A stretch of DNA of 64,000 nt from Geosiphon pyriformis uo1. Lineage: Eukaryota > Fungi > Glomeromycota. The notes under the pieces were generated by a model. That model saw only the letters and a list, made by a program, of their open reading frames with translations, was not told the origin of the DNA and did no database searches. Positions 13,339-25,593 of the stretch are shown piece after piece. The position numbers were made by a program, and so were the translations under genes. Numbering within the stretch: position 1 is the first letter of the stretch; each line of letters opens with the position of its first letter. The stretch covers positions 530,719 through 594,718 of the forward strand of contig JAAOMT010000512.1 in NCBI GenBank assembly GCA_016748015.1, in the 5' to 3' direction.

Positions 13339-14693
13339 TTAGGCTTGAACGAACTTCATTACATTGCGTAGCCAACCGATGTATTCTTTTTGTTCTTTAT
13401 AGTCAACATAATTGGGGATGAACAGGGCAAGTGAAGTGTCGATGCTGCGTTCCTCCAAATATCGCTCAAAGAGAATTTGGACCTCCTAATGAGGAAAAGG
13501 TTAATAAATAATTAAATAATCGAAAGCACGGAGGGCATTTTTGCGATAGACTATAAAGCGAGGCAATTATGAACTCATACATTGTCCAAGTTGTCAAATC
13601 GTGGACCAAGGTATAGTCTTCTCCTTTTCCAATCACCTTCTACCGTTAAATCATTAGCTAATTTTCCATCTTTGTAGTACGAGATACTGTCAATAATGAA
13701 GATACCATCCTCGCATGTCAGCTCAAAAGCCAATGCTCCTTTGTTTTCCTACAATGGAGAAGTTAGTAATTTAATTATTTATACAAGATTAGGTATTGGA
13801 ATGTGATGATGTTTACCTTTTCCACAGTTAAAACACATCTTATAGGAAAACTTTCATCGGACAGAACATCCTCATCCTGATATAAATATTACAACAATGT
13901 TATTTATCTTTTATGTGATTAAAATTATAAAATATTTAATCATCTTATTAGTATTTACTTCTGCGTTCTCATCACTACTAGATCCGTTCTCTCCTTCGTA
14001 CTCATCGTCAGAATACGAGTTTGTTGCTGAGGATGGAGATTCAGTCACCGAGAAAAGTAGCCGAAGTCTCCATTAAGAGACAAATACTTAGTATAAATTA
14101 TAGTTAAGAAAGAACTTCTCATATAACAGGTCTATGGCTTACCTTTCATTGCCAAAAGTCCTCGTTATTGCAACTTCATCGTGACCCGGTTTATCTTCAA
14201 TCTACGAGCCGGAACACGAAATTTGAAATACTTGAAATTTTGTTTGATCAAAAAAGGATCAGTAGACAAAATTTTCGAATGGAAAGATAATTTACTTTAA
14301 AAGTTTGTCTATTTAAAAATTCTTTTATGAAGTCTGGAGTATCCGTGGTATGTGAGGAATTTTCAGTTTCGGTCTTTATTTCATGAATTAGTTGATCTGC
14401 TAAGCTCTTGTCCACTACATCGGCAAAGTATCGATGGATGAAAAGATTTAATTGAGCATATTAAAGAACTAGAGTAGGAACTTGGCAAAGATCTCACCCA
14501 AGCCATTACTCAATAATCGATTACCATTTGTAGAAAAAGTACGAGTAGAATTTATCAACAGGTTGTCGTAAATAGAGTAAGGAAAGCATTGAAAACGAGT
14601 CGGCGCTGTAGCTTGCTTGAAAGAAGGTTTCAAATGAGAGCCCAAATACGGTCGGAAAGCTCTAAGTACTGAAAATCGAAGTAAAGAGGCCAT
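13339..14693 (-). CDS. MAM33: Mitochondrial acidic matrix protein MAM33 / p32 (C1QBP) family, 7 exons
   Basis: Arg/Ser-rich presequence MASLLRFSVLRAFR; exons give IEDKPGHDEVAITRTFGNE, FPIRCVLTVEK, GALAFELTC, YLGPRFDNLD, LFERYLEERSIDTSLALFIPNYVDYKEQKEYIGWL; GT-AG introns. Confidence 0.93.
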
Positions 14694-15815
14694 AGAGACT
14701 TTGAAGAGATGTTGCAAATAAAAATTCTGTTCATGTCGATAATGTTTGAAGAATTATGAGTCATATTATCTGATAATGACCAATAAAATATCTCTGAGTC
14801 ATTTTATTTCCCAGTACACTGAAAAGGTTTATTTTTGCAATATTTATTTCCAATCCATGTTTTAAAACTTATTCTTATAGTTAATTATTATAATGTATAT
14901 GATTAATATAATTATCAATAAAACAATATATAAATATTAATGTTTGTTTGATAAAAACAATAAATTCTAAAATTTTGATTTATAGTTAATTACATTTAAT
15001 TAACACTAAATTGTAATTAAGCATGATATTTTATATATATAATTGTGAATATTATTTTAATAAATGAAAACAAAAATAATTTAACATTTAATGAAATTAA
15101 TTTTTTAGATATAAATATAAATAGCTAAGGATAAATTAAAAAACCTGAACTTTAACTTAAATAAGTTATATATATTTTTTATTGTTTTTAAAAATTATTT
15201 ACATAATTAGAATTTTCTTTTATGATTAATTTTTTATTTCAAAATAAAATATATAAGAAATTATTTTAATTGGCATTATTCGAGTGAAATGACAGTTTCA
15301 TAAAAAAAAATACTTTAAAACTTCGATTTAAACAATCAAATTTGCAATATTGAACAGTTAGAATTTTGAAAAAATAGCATCAGCAATATCGCCAGCACGA
15401 AATTAGTTAGTGCTGCAACAAACCAAAGTGAACTTGTGACGTCATCACCCATCATTATTTACGCCTTTTTTTTCAGCACTAAAAATACCATCAATAATGA
15501 TATGATTGTCACAGTTACTCACATAGTAGGAATCAATCACATCCTATCTCGAGATTTTTAATTTTATTCTCTTCATGTAAGGAGAAAAAAAACGAATGAA
15601 AAAGATGAGGCGAGACTTGTTTCGTGAGAAAGATGCCCGTCACGCGCGCCTCCCAAATTTCCCACCAACATTGTCGGCAGAATCGGAATGAAATTCAGAG
15701 GAAGTTTTGTCACTAATCATTAGGACAGCGAAGTTCACTGACGCAAGGAGATCACCTACGCATCATGTTTCCTCGCGATTCTGGGCTTTGTTGGTGTTGA
15801 CCGAGTAGATCAGGC

Positions 15816-17968
15816 TCACTTGGCCGTTGCGGCGACCAGATCAGACTTTTTGACAACATTCGGCGTGCCGTTGACGTCTTGATACGTTCCAGCGTAGTCG
15901 GACAGACGGAATACGTTGCTAATTGGACGAGTGACATCGTATACGAGGTAAAACGAGTCAAGGGCTCTATCATTTCGTATAAAGATAGCAACACCAACCT
16001 TCAATGCCAGAAAGCGCGCAAGGGGCTTGAGCAACAACACGTACGAATTGAATTGCTGAGGCAGCGCGACGTGGAAAACCTCTGCAAACAGGTAGAGGCC
16101 AGAGCACGGCAGGTCCATGACATACACCCTGCACTCGAGAACTTTCCCCAAAAGACGAAAAACTTGGTTTGCAACGAAAGATATACTTATAACACATGCA
16201 CACAACTGGAATACTCACCCGACGTCAGGACTCCAAAGACCTCGATATATACCGTAATTTACCGCATAAAAGACCCCCTTATTGTAGACTCGGGTATGAA
16301 AATGTAATATACCCGGGTCTATAATACTAATTGGATGATGTAATCGCCATGTGATTTATAATAAAAAATTCGAAAAAAGTAAACTCATGATAAATACCCC
16401 CCCCCAAATACAATACCCTCTTCTGAACAATAGACCCAGGGGGGGGGAAGTCTAACTCAAAAAAATCAAGGGTTGAAATGTAACAGACCCGGATCTTTTA
16501 TGCCGTAAATTACGGCACTATCACGCTCTTTTGATCTTCGGGCAGAAATGCATAGACAAGGTCCAGCTGATCTTTGAACCCTCTTGCTAGTTTCCTCCGG
16601 TCGCTCAAAAACTTGGATTGGCCTTTGAGGCTATCGTTAAGGCTTGACGCCATGTATCGCGGGTGAGTAGAGCCGCGTCCAACTTTGCATGACATATTCT
16701 TTCGAAAGGAAACGGCCCGAGATGCCACTTCACCGCTAAATGTGCATGAGAAGAACAGAGTCTGGAAATTTGACGAAACCTGTGGAATTACTTACCGGAC
16801 GACCTGGAGAGCAGTTACATCGAAAAAGAGTTGATCGATGAACAATCCAAATACATGTACTTGAAAGAATCCTTCTGAGTTATGTTGGTCAAGCAGCGGG
16901 TTGTTGGTAAACTCGAATAAGGTGAGCTTTTAAGGATCCAAGATAATGAAGTTAGAATACGGCTGTATGTGACAAAAAAAAGAACACTTACAATTTGTTC
17001 ACAACTGTCTGGACGTAGTTCAAGTCATAGTGCTCTTTAATGTTGTATTCTGAGCATATTGGTTCCAATACCGCTCGCCTTGCGTCTTTAATATTGGACT
17101 AATAGAATATATACCAGATGTTGAGTAACATGAACCAAAAAAGCGTTCCTGTACTGAAGAAAACCTTACTGTCATTAGAATATTCAGGTAGGCAAGAGCC
17201 TTGTCTGAGGGTGCGTGCCGATCTCGCTTCTCGTCACAAGCTGCGCAGAGCTCCAGCCCACCAAACGCCTTGCAAATGTCATTGCATATAAGCGAAGTCT
17301 TGATGAGCTCCATGATATAGCGGTTCGCGAGGCCGTAGGCACGAGTGAAAGATTAGGATAAATTGTACAACTCCTACGTAAGAATATAACAAGGGTGGAT
17401 ACATACCAGTCATTTTCGCCGACCTTCTCGAACATCACACCTATATCTGTATTGTCTGCCAGAAACCACTTTGGTTCATCTCCTCGTCCAAATACGATGG
17501 CCGTGATGTCTTCGCCCTCGTTTAAGTCCTCTGTGACGCCTTCGTTTGGTGTTTGTACGGAATCCTTGGTTGTAATCTGTAACACATAGAACCACTCTAT
17601 GGGTTAACACTGTAAAACATGCGACAATAAATCGGATTATTCTACCATTCTAAGTTTTTTGGACGAAATCGATAACGATTCTGTTTACGTTTTCCCAACG
17701 ATTTCTTCAAAAATAACAAAAGAATAAGTTAACAATAACGTGATCAGTTGGAAAGCTAGATCATATCTGAACATACACATACCAGAGCCCCACCAATGTT
17801 CATCATTACGCCGCATGCAGCATCAATCTACGAATCATAAGTCAATCTGTTAAAAATCATACATGGAAGGTAAAACCAAATATTTTCAAAACTTACTGAA
17901 GCAAGCTCTATCTCGCCCTCTTTTCTTTTAATTTCTTCACGTTCCTGAACATAGTTCCAGAAGTCCAT
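15816..17968 (-). pseudogene. Multi-exon restriction-endonuclease-fold (PD-(D/E)xK, Crinkler C-terminal-like) gene, disrupted
   Basis: Motifs SEGFFQVHVFGLFIDQLFFD..VVR/GEVASRAVSFRKN, KFLSDRRKLARGFKDQLD, EVFGVLTS, CRVYVMDLPCSGLY; internal stops, frameshifts and a MITE insertion. Confidence 0.6.
16252..16515. mobile_element. 264-bp MITE (pogo/Tc1-type)
   Basis: TIRs ccgtaatttaccgcataaaagaccc and ggatcttttatgccgtaaattacgg; flanks TA (16250-51) and CA (16516-17); removing it restores the host frame SVIVYIEVFGVLTS. Confidence 0.85.
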
Positions 17969-18081
17969 TGTATCGGGATCTTTGGTACGATGTTGCTAGG
18001 ATAGAAAGAAACCACCTTAGAAGATCGTCACAAGAAAATATGACCTGAAAGTGTTTATGTTTATATGGAAGCAGCACCACA

Positions 18082-18270
18082 ACGAATACGTAGATCATCA
18101 AGGACAAACATATAGAATATCCCTGGTTGTGTGGTTAACCCTTGTGAAATTTCTGAAATTCTGAACCCAGTTTAGAACGTCAGATGCAGTATAGCCCATG
18201 AAAAACACGTAGATTTCAAGGATTATGACATGCAAACCATGACGAACACGTAGATCATCAAGGAGAGACA
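18082..18270. repeat. Three dispersed direct repeats (ACGTAGATCATCAAGGA-like) upstream of the REase-fold gene
   Basis: acgaatacgtagatcatcaaggacaaaca (18082), aaacacgtagatttcaagga (18203), acgaacacgtagatcatcaaggagagaca (18242). Confidence 0.75.
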
Positions 18271-18329
18271 CCTAGACTCTTCCCGTAGCCGTCAAGGGTA
18301 CACCCGAACTGCTACTTCGAAATATATGT

Positions 18330-19050
18330 ATTACTATAAAATATTAGGATTTAAATCATTTGGCTGTAAATTGTAAAATGTTTTTATTTTTTTACTTAAA
18401 TTTGTTTTCAAATTTATTAGTAATTTTACTGTTTTAGCTTTATCTTTTATTAATATAAAATCTTATATTAAAGCTGTTATTTCTTTAGCTTTTTTTTATG
18501 TTGTTTTTTTGGCTGTTTTTGTTGTTAATTCTAAGTTTAATTCTAAATTGAATTCTTTAAAATCTTAAATTATAAACTTAAATTTATTATTAAATTAATT
18601 ATTTTTTTATTACTTTAATTATTATTTTTTAATTAAAAATATAAAAAAAAATTTGTTTATTATGTTGAAAGTTTTGGCTAATATATTTAAAAACTTTGTT
18701 AATTTAAAATTAAAATAGAATTTAGCAATATAAATAATAATAAAATTAATATTGTTAAAGCATTTTTTTGAATAAAACCATCTCTAATTTTAATATTAAA
18801 AATAATATTAAAAAAATTAAACTGTTTTTTAATAAGTTTATTTTTAATACTTAAAATTTGAATAATATTATAAAAAAACTTAGTAATTTGAATTTTTTTC
18901 CAACTTTTTATGATTTAACTTAGTTAATATTTTAACTTAATTAGTGTTTTAACTAATTTAAATAATTGATTACATATAAAAAATATGTAAAATATATTTA
19001 ATTTAAGTTATTTAATTTGATATTTTATTTTTTATTTTTTTATTATTAAG
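18330..19050 (+). mobile_element. Heavily decayed ORF1-only LINE derivative (ORF1 C-terminus + 3' tail)
   Basis: Homologous to 43990-44576 plus 51338-51480; ends in a decayed copy of the shared tail (aactaatttaaataattgattacatataaaaaatatgt..). Confidence 0.5.
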
Positions 19051-19444
19051 TTTAATAAGTATAAATCAATTACTATCTAATATATAGAACCAAAACTAAG
19101 AATTAAAATAATATTACACTCTTATATGAATAAAAATTTTCTTATTCAAACTTGAAAAAAATAAATAAGACATATAAAACCAAAATTAATACTGTTATAA
19201 ATAAACTTAATGAGATATAATAATAAAATTTAATGCTTTAAGTTTGAATAAAAGAGCTTAAAAGTTTTTATTATAAATATTTGAAATAAGTTGATAATAT
19301 TAGTTTTTAAAGATTTTTATTAATTTTACTTATAGAGTTCTTTGTTTATAAAATACAGAGAGATATTTTGGCTGTTCACTATCAGTATAAATTTAAAAAA
19401 TATAGAAAATTTTAATAGAGCTCAATATTAAAAAGAGGAAATAA

Positions 19445-19894
19445 TGTTACTTATAGAAATTAGGAATTATAATAGTAGATAAAATAGTCAATCAGAAATA
19501 AGTGTAGTAACAAAAAAAATCCAGAATTTTTTAAAAGATAATTTTTTATAACTTGAAGTAAAATCACATCAATATTAATAAAATATCTAATTAATATTCA
19601 ATTCATGTTATTATTTCTTAATTAAAAATATTAATCACTTTTTTTACTATTAATATTTCATGTTAATAGAATTTAATACTTAACTACACTAGACTAATAG
19701 CTCTTGATTACAGCTATTTATAAGATACTAATTTTTTATTTTCATTTATTTCGTTTTTTTGTTGTTTAATAATTAATTAAAGAGATTAAACATTAAACAT
19801 TTGATGTTAAAAATAGTCTGGTAAAAGATCTGAAAACAAGAATAGAAATTTAAAGATGACTTATCAGAAAGACATAACTACTAAAATAAACTGG
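19445..19894 (+). repeat. Truncated 3' LTR preceded by a PPT
   Basis: gagctcaatattaaaaagaggaaataa then tgttacttatagaaattagg; homologous to the A-family LTRs. Confidence 0.75.
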
Positions 19895-20654
19895 TGTTAT
19901 AAGTAATTATTTAAGATATTAGAACAAATAACAAACTTATAACTTGGTGTTCAATAGCTGGTAATATTGATAATTTCTGAAAATTTTAAAGTCTAAAGGT
20001 TTTAATTAAGTTTTTTGTATAATAAACAGAAATTAAATTAATGGTTTTATCTGTAAATTTTTTTTTTCAACATAGTAGCCAGTTTATTCTAACAGTTATG
20101 TTCTTTTGGTAAGCTATTCTTAAATTTTTACTCTTGTTTTCAAGTTTGTTACCAGGCTTTTCTTGACATCAAATACTTAGTGCTTAATCTTTTTAATTAA
20201 TTAATAAACAACAAAAAAATGAAATAAATAAAAATAAAAAATTAATATTATATTGATAACTGTAATTAAAAACTATTGGTCTAGTATAGTTAAGTATTAA
20301 ATTTTATCAACATAGAATATTAATAGTAAAGAAAGTGATTAATATTCTTAATTAAAAGATAGTAATATAGATTGAATGTTAATTAAATATTTTATTAATA
20401 TTAATGTGATTTTACTTCAAGTTATAGAAAACTATTTTTTAAAGAAAGGAGTATTGTTGTTTTTAAACTGAATTTAATTTTATTTATTTTATTAAATTTT
20501 TTTGGAACTTTTTTTGTTTTTAACACTTTTGCTATATATATATAATTTATATTATATAAGATTTTTTGAAATCTTAAAATTTTTTTTTTTGCTACACTTA
20601 TTTTTGATTGGCTATTTTACTTATTATTATAATTCCTAATTTCTATAAATAACA
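19895..20654 (-). repeat. Full LTR in inverted orientation
   Basis: Reverse complement starts tgttatttatagaaattagg and ends cttataaca; inverted copy of the adjacent 19445 LTR. Confidence 0.8.
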
Positions 20655-23600
20655 ATGTTTTTTCTTGACTAAAAATGTTGTTTTATATTCTTTTATCAAG
20701 TATTGTTTTTTTATAAGCAAGACATAATTTGTTGTCTCATTTTTTTTGTCATTTTAGATAACCAAAATGTTCTTTGTAGTATACTTTACAGTAATAATAG
20801 GTATGTGTTTTATAATCTTTTTTATACAATATTTAAGCTTCCATAGATAAAAGCTTTTTTTGCAGTCTTTGTACTTGAGTAGAATATATAATAGTTTTTT
20901 TCTTGGTTTTGTTAAGTATAAAACATGTCAATTATTATTTGTTTCTTTTGTAAAAATGGTGGCTTAAGATTTGTTTTTTTTTTTTTTGTTGTCTCAAAAA
21001 AGTATTGGTTATAGTTTATTGTGATTATTTTTAGTTCACAAAACTTAATAGACTTCTTAAATAAGTTTGTTTGTTTCTTTTTTGAATTCTATCAATAACT
21101 GTAATTGAGTTGTTTTAAAGTAATCACAGGTAGCTAATACTTAAGTATGCTAATTATTTTAACTAAACTGTAGTTTTTAAATATTTCAATTAAGCATATT
21201 ATTAGTTATTATTAATGAGAGCTTGATATTGTGTGACTTTTATAACAAAAACTTTAATAGATATAATAATGCTATTAACTTCAAAAGAGAAGTTATTAAT
21301 TTTGCCAATAAGAATTTTAGTTGCATTATTAGTTGTAATAATTCTGGTGTTAGTAGTGTGATCAACTTAGCAATTTAATTGGTCCATAAATTGTTATGTA
21401 ATAATGCTGTCTGCTAATTCATTATTAAAAATTAATTTGATAAATTGGCCATCAATTTTGATATTAGTATATATTGTGATAATTGGTTTAGCATTAAGAA
21501 CAACTCCACTAAATAAAGACACTGTTGTTAATTCTTCTAATTTGAAAAGAAAAATGGCTGCAAATAATTTGTTTTCAGTAACTATTGCTAATGGAATATT
21601 GTTGATAAGTAGTGTTTTTGGGTTTTTAAAGTTGTTGAATAAGTTGTTTTTTGGAGTAACCAAAAAACTTAAATAGTTCTGAGAATTTGGGTTTTGGGTG
21701 TATCCACTTTTCAAATTTTTTGAATGTAATTCTAATGACTATTTGATTGGTTGATATATTACTATTACTAATCTCCAATTTTGTTGAATATGAATGATTT
21801 TAGTCTTGAATTTCTGGTTAATATTGGTACAGTAATTTAGAATAGTGCTTAAATTTGTTGAAGTTAATAAATTATTTGTGGCTGTGATTGATATATTACT
21901 GGTGTTAAAGTTTAATAAACAGAAAGTAAGTATATTGGTTGTTGCATTATTAATTAATATAAAGTTTAATGTTAATATTATTCTTGATTTTAAGTATAAT
22001 TTGGAGTTTAAAACTGGTAATTAGGGTTTTTATATTGGTTTTTTAATCATGAATTGTTAGATTTGAAGTGGCAATCTGCTTTTAGATGATTTTGTTTATT
22101 ATAATAGTAACAATTACACATTTTTTATTATCACAATAAATTAATTAATGATAATAAACATAACTGTTATTAGAAACAATTGAAATTTTTTTGGTTGTTG
22201 TAATAATAAAAAAGTTAATAGATTGTTTAATTATTAGTTAAATATCTCTTTAATTTCTGGTTAATAGAATTATTAAATTGTTTTAACTTAGAATTTAATT
22301 CAAATAATTTGTTTATAATTAGATTTACAACTTATATATGATTGGCTTTAAGTTTGGCTAATTCAAAATCTTTGGTATGTATAACTGCATCTTGGAAAAA
22401 ATTTGTGTATATTGAATATATTCATTGTAATAAGCTGCTGCATAATCCATAAATGAATTGATTTAAGATCTGTGGTTCTGTAAAATAGTCAGCTTTAATT
22501 ATTTGAATTTAATACAGATTTTAATAGAAACATTCTAGATATATAATAATTATTTCAGTATTGTTTTGTTTGATAATAGTAAAGTTAGTTAATAACCAAT
22601 TAATACTGTTGTAATTGCTAAAATATTGTAGAAATATAGTTTTAAATATGTTAAAAGTTTGTGGTTTGTTGATTAGACTCTAATACTATAAGTCAATAAT
22701 ATTCTAAAGAAAGTATGAGATAACTTAAAATGCTTTAGCATTATTCTATTCATTGGTTGTGATAGCTTTTATTATATTATTCAGTTATGTTTGGGCATTG
22801 TTTTCTTTATTAATATTACTTATAAAAATTAGAAGTATTATAGTTAAAAGAATAGCCAATTAGAAGTAAGCATAGTAATGAAAAAATTCTAAGATTTTTC
22901 TAAAAAAATTGCAGGATTTCAGAATTACAGAATTCCATATAAGAAATTACAAGATTCCAGAATTCTAGAATTTTTGGCTAGAAAATTGAGAAATTCAAAG
23001 AATTTTATATAATATAAATTATATATATATAGCAAAAGTATTAAAAGCAGAAAAAGTAATTCCTGGAGAATTTAATAGAATTTATATTAATTTAGAACAA
23101 TACTCTTCTTTCAAAAAATATTTTTCTATAATTTAAAATAAAATTATTTTTCTATTAATAAAATTATCCATTATTATTAAATCCATATTATTATTACTTA
23201 ATTAGAAATATTAATCACTTTTGCTATTATTAACACTTTATGTTAATAAAATCTAATACTTAATTATCTTAGACTAATAGCTTTTGATCACAATTATTAA
23301 CAAAATACTAATTTTTTTTTGCTTTGGCTTATCTCTTTATTTTTTTTTCATTATTTTCATTATTTTTTATATTTTATATTTTTTATTTGTTTTATTGTGG
23401 ATTTACTAATTGATTAAAAGATTAATATACAGAGTACTAATGTCAAGATATAGCATTGATAAAAAATCCAGGAATAAAGATAGATACTCAAAATTAAGGA
23501 TAACTTACCAAAAGATACCAACTACCAAGCTGAGAAAAAAATTGATAGAATATAGATATTTTAGGAAGCAATGGACAACAAAGCACACTAACTTGAAGAT

Positions 23601-24756
23601 TGAGAAAACTAAAAATATTATACTAAGATACCAACATTAAATCTTTGTTTATTATACAAAGAACTCAACCAAAATCTTCAGATTACCAAAACCTTCAAAA
23701 ACCAACACCATTATATTAATTAAACACCAAATTATGAGTTTGTTATTTGCTTCAGATCCCAAATAATTATCTATAACATCAATAAAATTTTTAAGCTTAA
23801 TAATTAGTATATAGATTATTTGTACAAGTTATTGTTATGATAGTTATTATTAAGCAGCAATTGGTGCTATTGGCAGTTGATTAATTGGAATAACTGAAAG
23901 TAAATTCTCTGAAAAAATAGAAGCTGAGTTTGGATTGTTTAGGTTTAACTAGATTTAAACAATCAAAGTTATAATTTCTGGGTTAATTAAGATCAGATTT
24001 TTATTATTATTTCTCTAATTATTGTCTTTTTCTTCTTTTGAATTAGTATCTTTCTAATAACTGGTAGATCCGAAATTTGGTTGAGGTAATGGTAATTAAA
24101 ATCCTGATGGTATTGTTAGTCGTAATTTAAATCTTTCAAAAAAATTGTCATAAGTTTCTAATAGTTTGGCTTTTTTCTGGTTATTTTGGAATAATACTTT
24201 AAATAATAGTGTTTTTACTGTTAATATTAATATAAATCTGGATAATATGTATATAATACTATATAGTATATAATAGTAAGACAGATAAATAAGTAAAATA
24301 ATTCTTGGTTTCTTCTAAGTAAGCAGTTGTATTTTTTTTGGTGTTTTTACTAAAGTTTGTAATTTTCTTTTTCTGTTATTTGTAAAAGTAATAAAAAATT
24401 TTTGTTGAATATAATTCTTAATTTTTCGATTTATTTTTGTGATTAGTGAGATAAACAAATGATTTTGTGGAAGTGTGGTGTTTTGAAGTAATTTACTGTA
24501 AAAATTTTTGAGTATGACTTCTGAATCTCCTTGGTTTTTCAAGTAGAATTTAATTTTTTTGTTAACATAAAAACTGAAAACTGATTTTGCTGGCCAATAA
24601 TTATTTGTTAGTCCAAAATAAGTTTGGTAATATTGAAATAAAAATTTGGCAAATTCTAAATAATTTGTTTCTGTTACTTCTGATTTTGTCACTTTTCCAG
24701 ATAATTAATATTGGTGCTAGTTTTCTGTTAGATTATATCTTACAAAAAGCACTAAA
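20655..24756 (-). pseudogene. Gypsy gag-protease remnant, interrupted by a solo LTR
   Basis: KLKNFIDKENNAQT*LNNIIKAITTN..ILNQFIYGL (gag) and IKIDGQFIKLIFNNELADSIIT (decayed D[S/T]G protease); decayed PBS near 24740-24755. Confidence 0.8.
22814..23778 (+). repeat. Solo LTR inserted in gag
   Basis: tattactta..ctataaca; 4-bp TSD ttaa/tcaa; excision restores the gag frame KNFIDKENNAQ. Confidence 0.85.
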
Positions 24757-25593
24757 TATTACAAATAATTATTTGGGATGTTAAAACAAATAACAAACTT
24801 ATAGCTTGGTGCTTAATAGCTGTTAATAATAGTAGTTTCTAAAGATTTTAAAATTTAAAGATTTTAATTGAGTTCTTTGTATAATAAACAAAGATTAATT
24901 AATGGTTTTTTTCATAATTTTTTTCTTTAGCATATTGGTTGGTTTATTCTGACAGTTGTGCTCTTTTAGTAAGCTATTCTTAAGTTTTTTATTTTTGTTT
25001 CTAGGTTTTTTACCAGGTTATCTTTAATATTAATTACTTAATACTTAATTTTTTTAATTAATTAGTAAACAACAAAGAAAACAAAATAAAAAAAAATAAA
25101 AAAAAATAAAAAAAATAAAAATAAGAAATTAGTATTTTATTAATAGTTATGATCAAAAACTATTGGTCTAATATAGTTAAGTATTGACTTCTATTAACAT
25201 GAAATATTGATAGTGTGAAATTGATTAATATTTCTTAATTAAGTAATGATAATATAGATTAGATAATAATAAATAAGTTTTATTGATATTAGTATAATTC
25301 TATTTTAAGTTATAGAAAATCATCTTTTAAAGGGAAAAGCATTGTTGTTCTGAATTAATTTATTTTTTTTGTTTTTAATACTTTTACTATATATACATAA
25401 TTTTTATTATATAAAATTTTACATATTCTTGAGCAATATGTCATAATTTTTCTAACAATATGCTTATTACTAAGCAATATGCTATAATTTTTCAACAATA
25501 TACTTACTCATTAAGTATTATTTTTTTATTGGTTTATTTTTTACTATTTGTTTTTTTTACTTCTTTTTTGTACTCTTTTTTTTATGAATAACA
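24757..25593 (-). repeat. 5' LTR of the minus-strand Gypsy remnant
   Basis: Reverse complement tgttattcat..ttgtaata, followed by a decayed PBS; homologous to A-family LTRs. Confidence 0.8.

Noticed and set aside
15879-16307. 142-aa plus-strand ORF
   Set aside because: Antisense to the REase-fold gene and ends inside the MITE.
19895-25593. A single minus-strand LTR element bounded by the LTRs at 19895 and 25593
   Set aside because: The LTR starts differ, no PPT precedes the 19895-20654 LTR, and the flanks (ctgg vs gtaa) are not a TSD.
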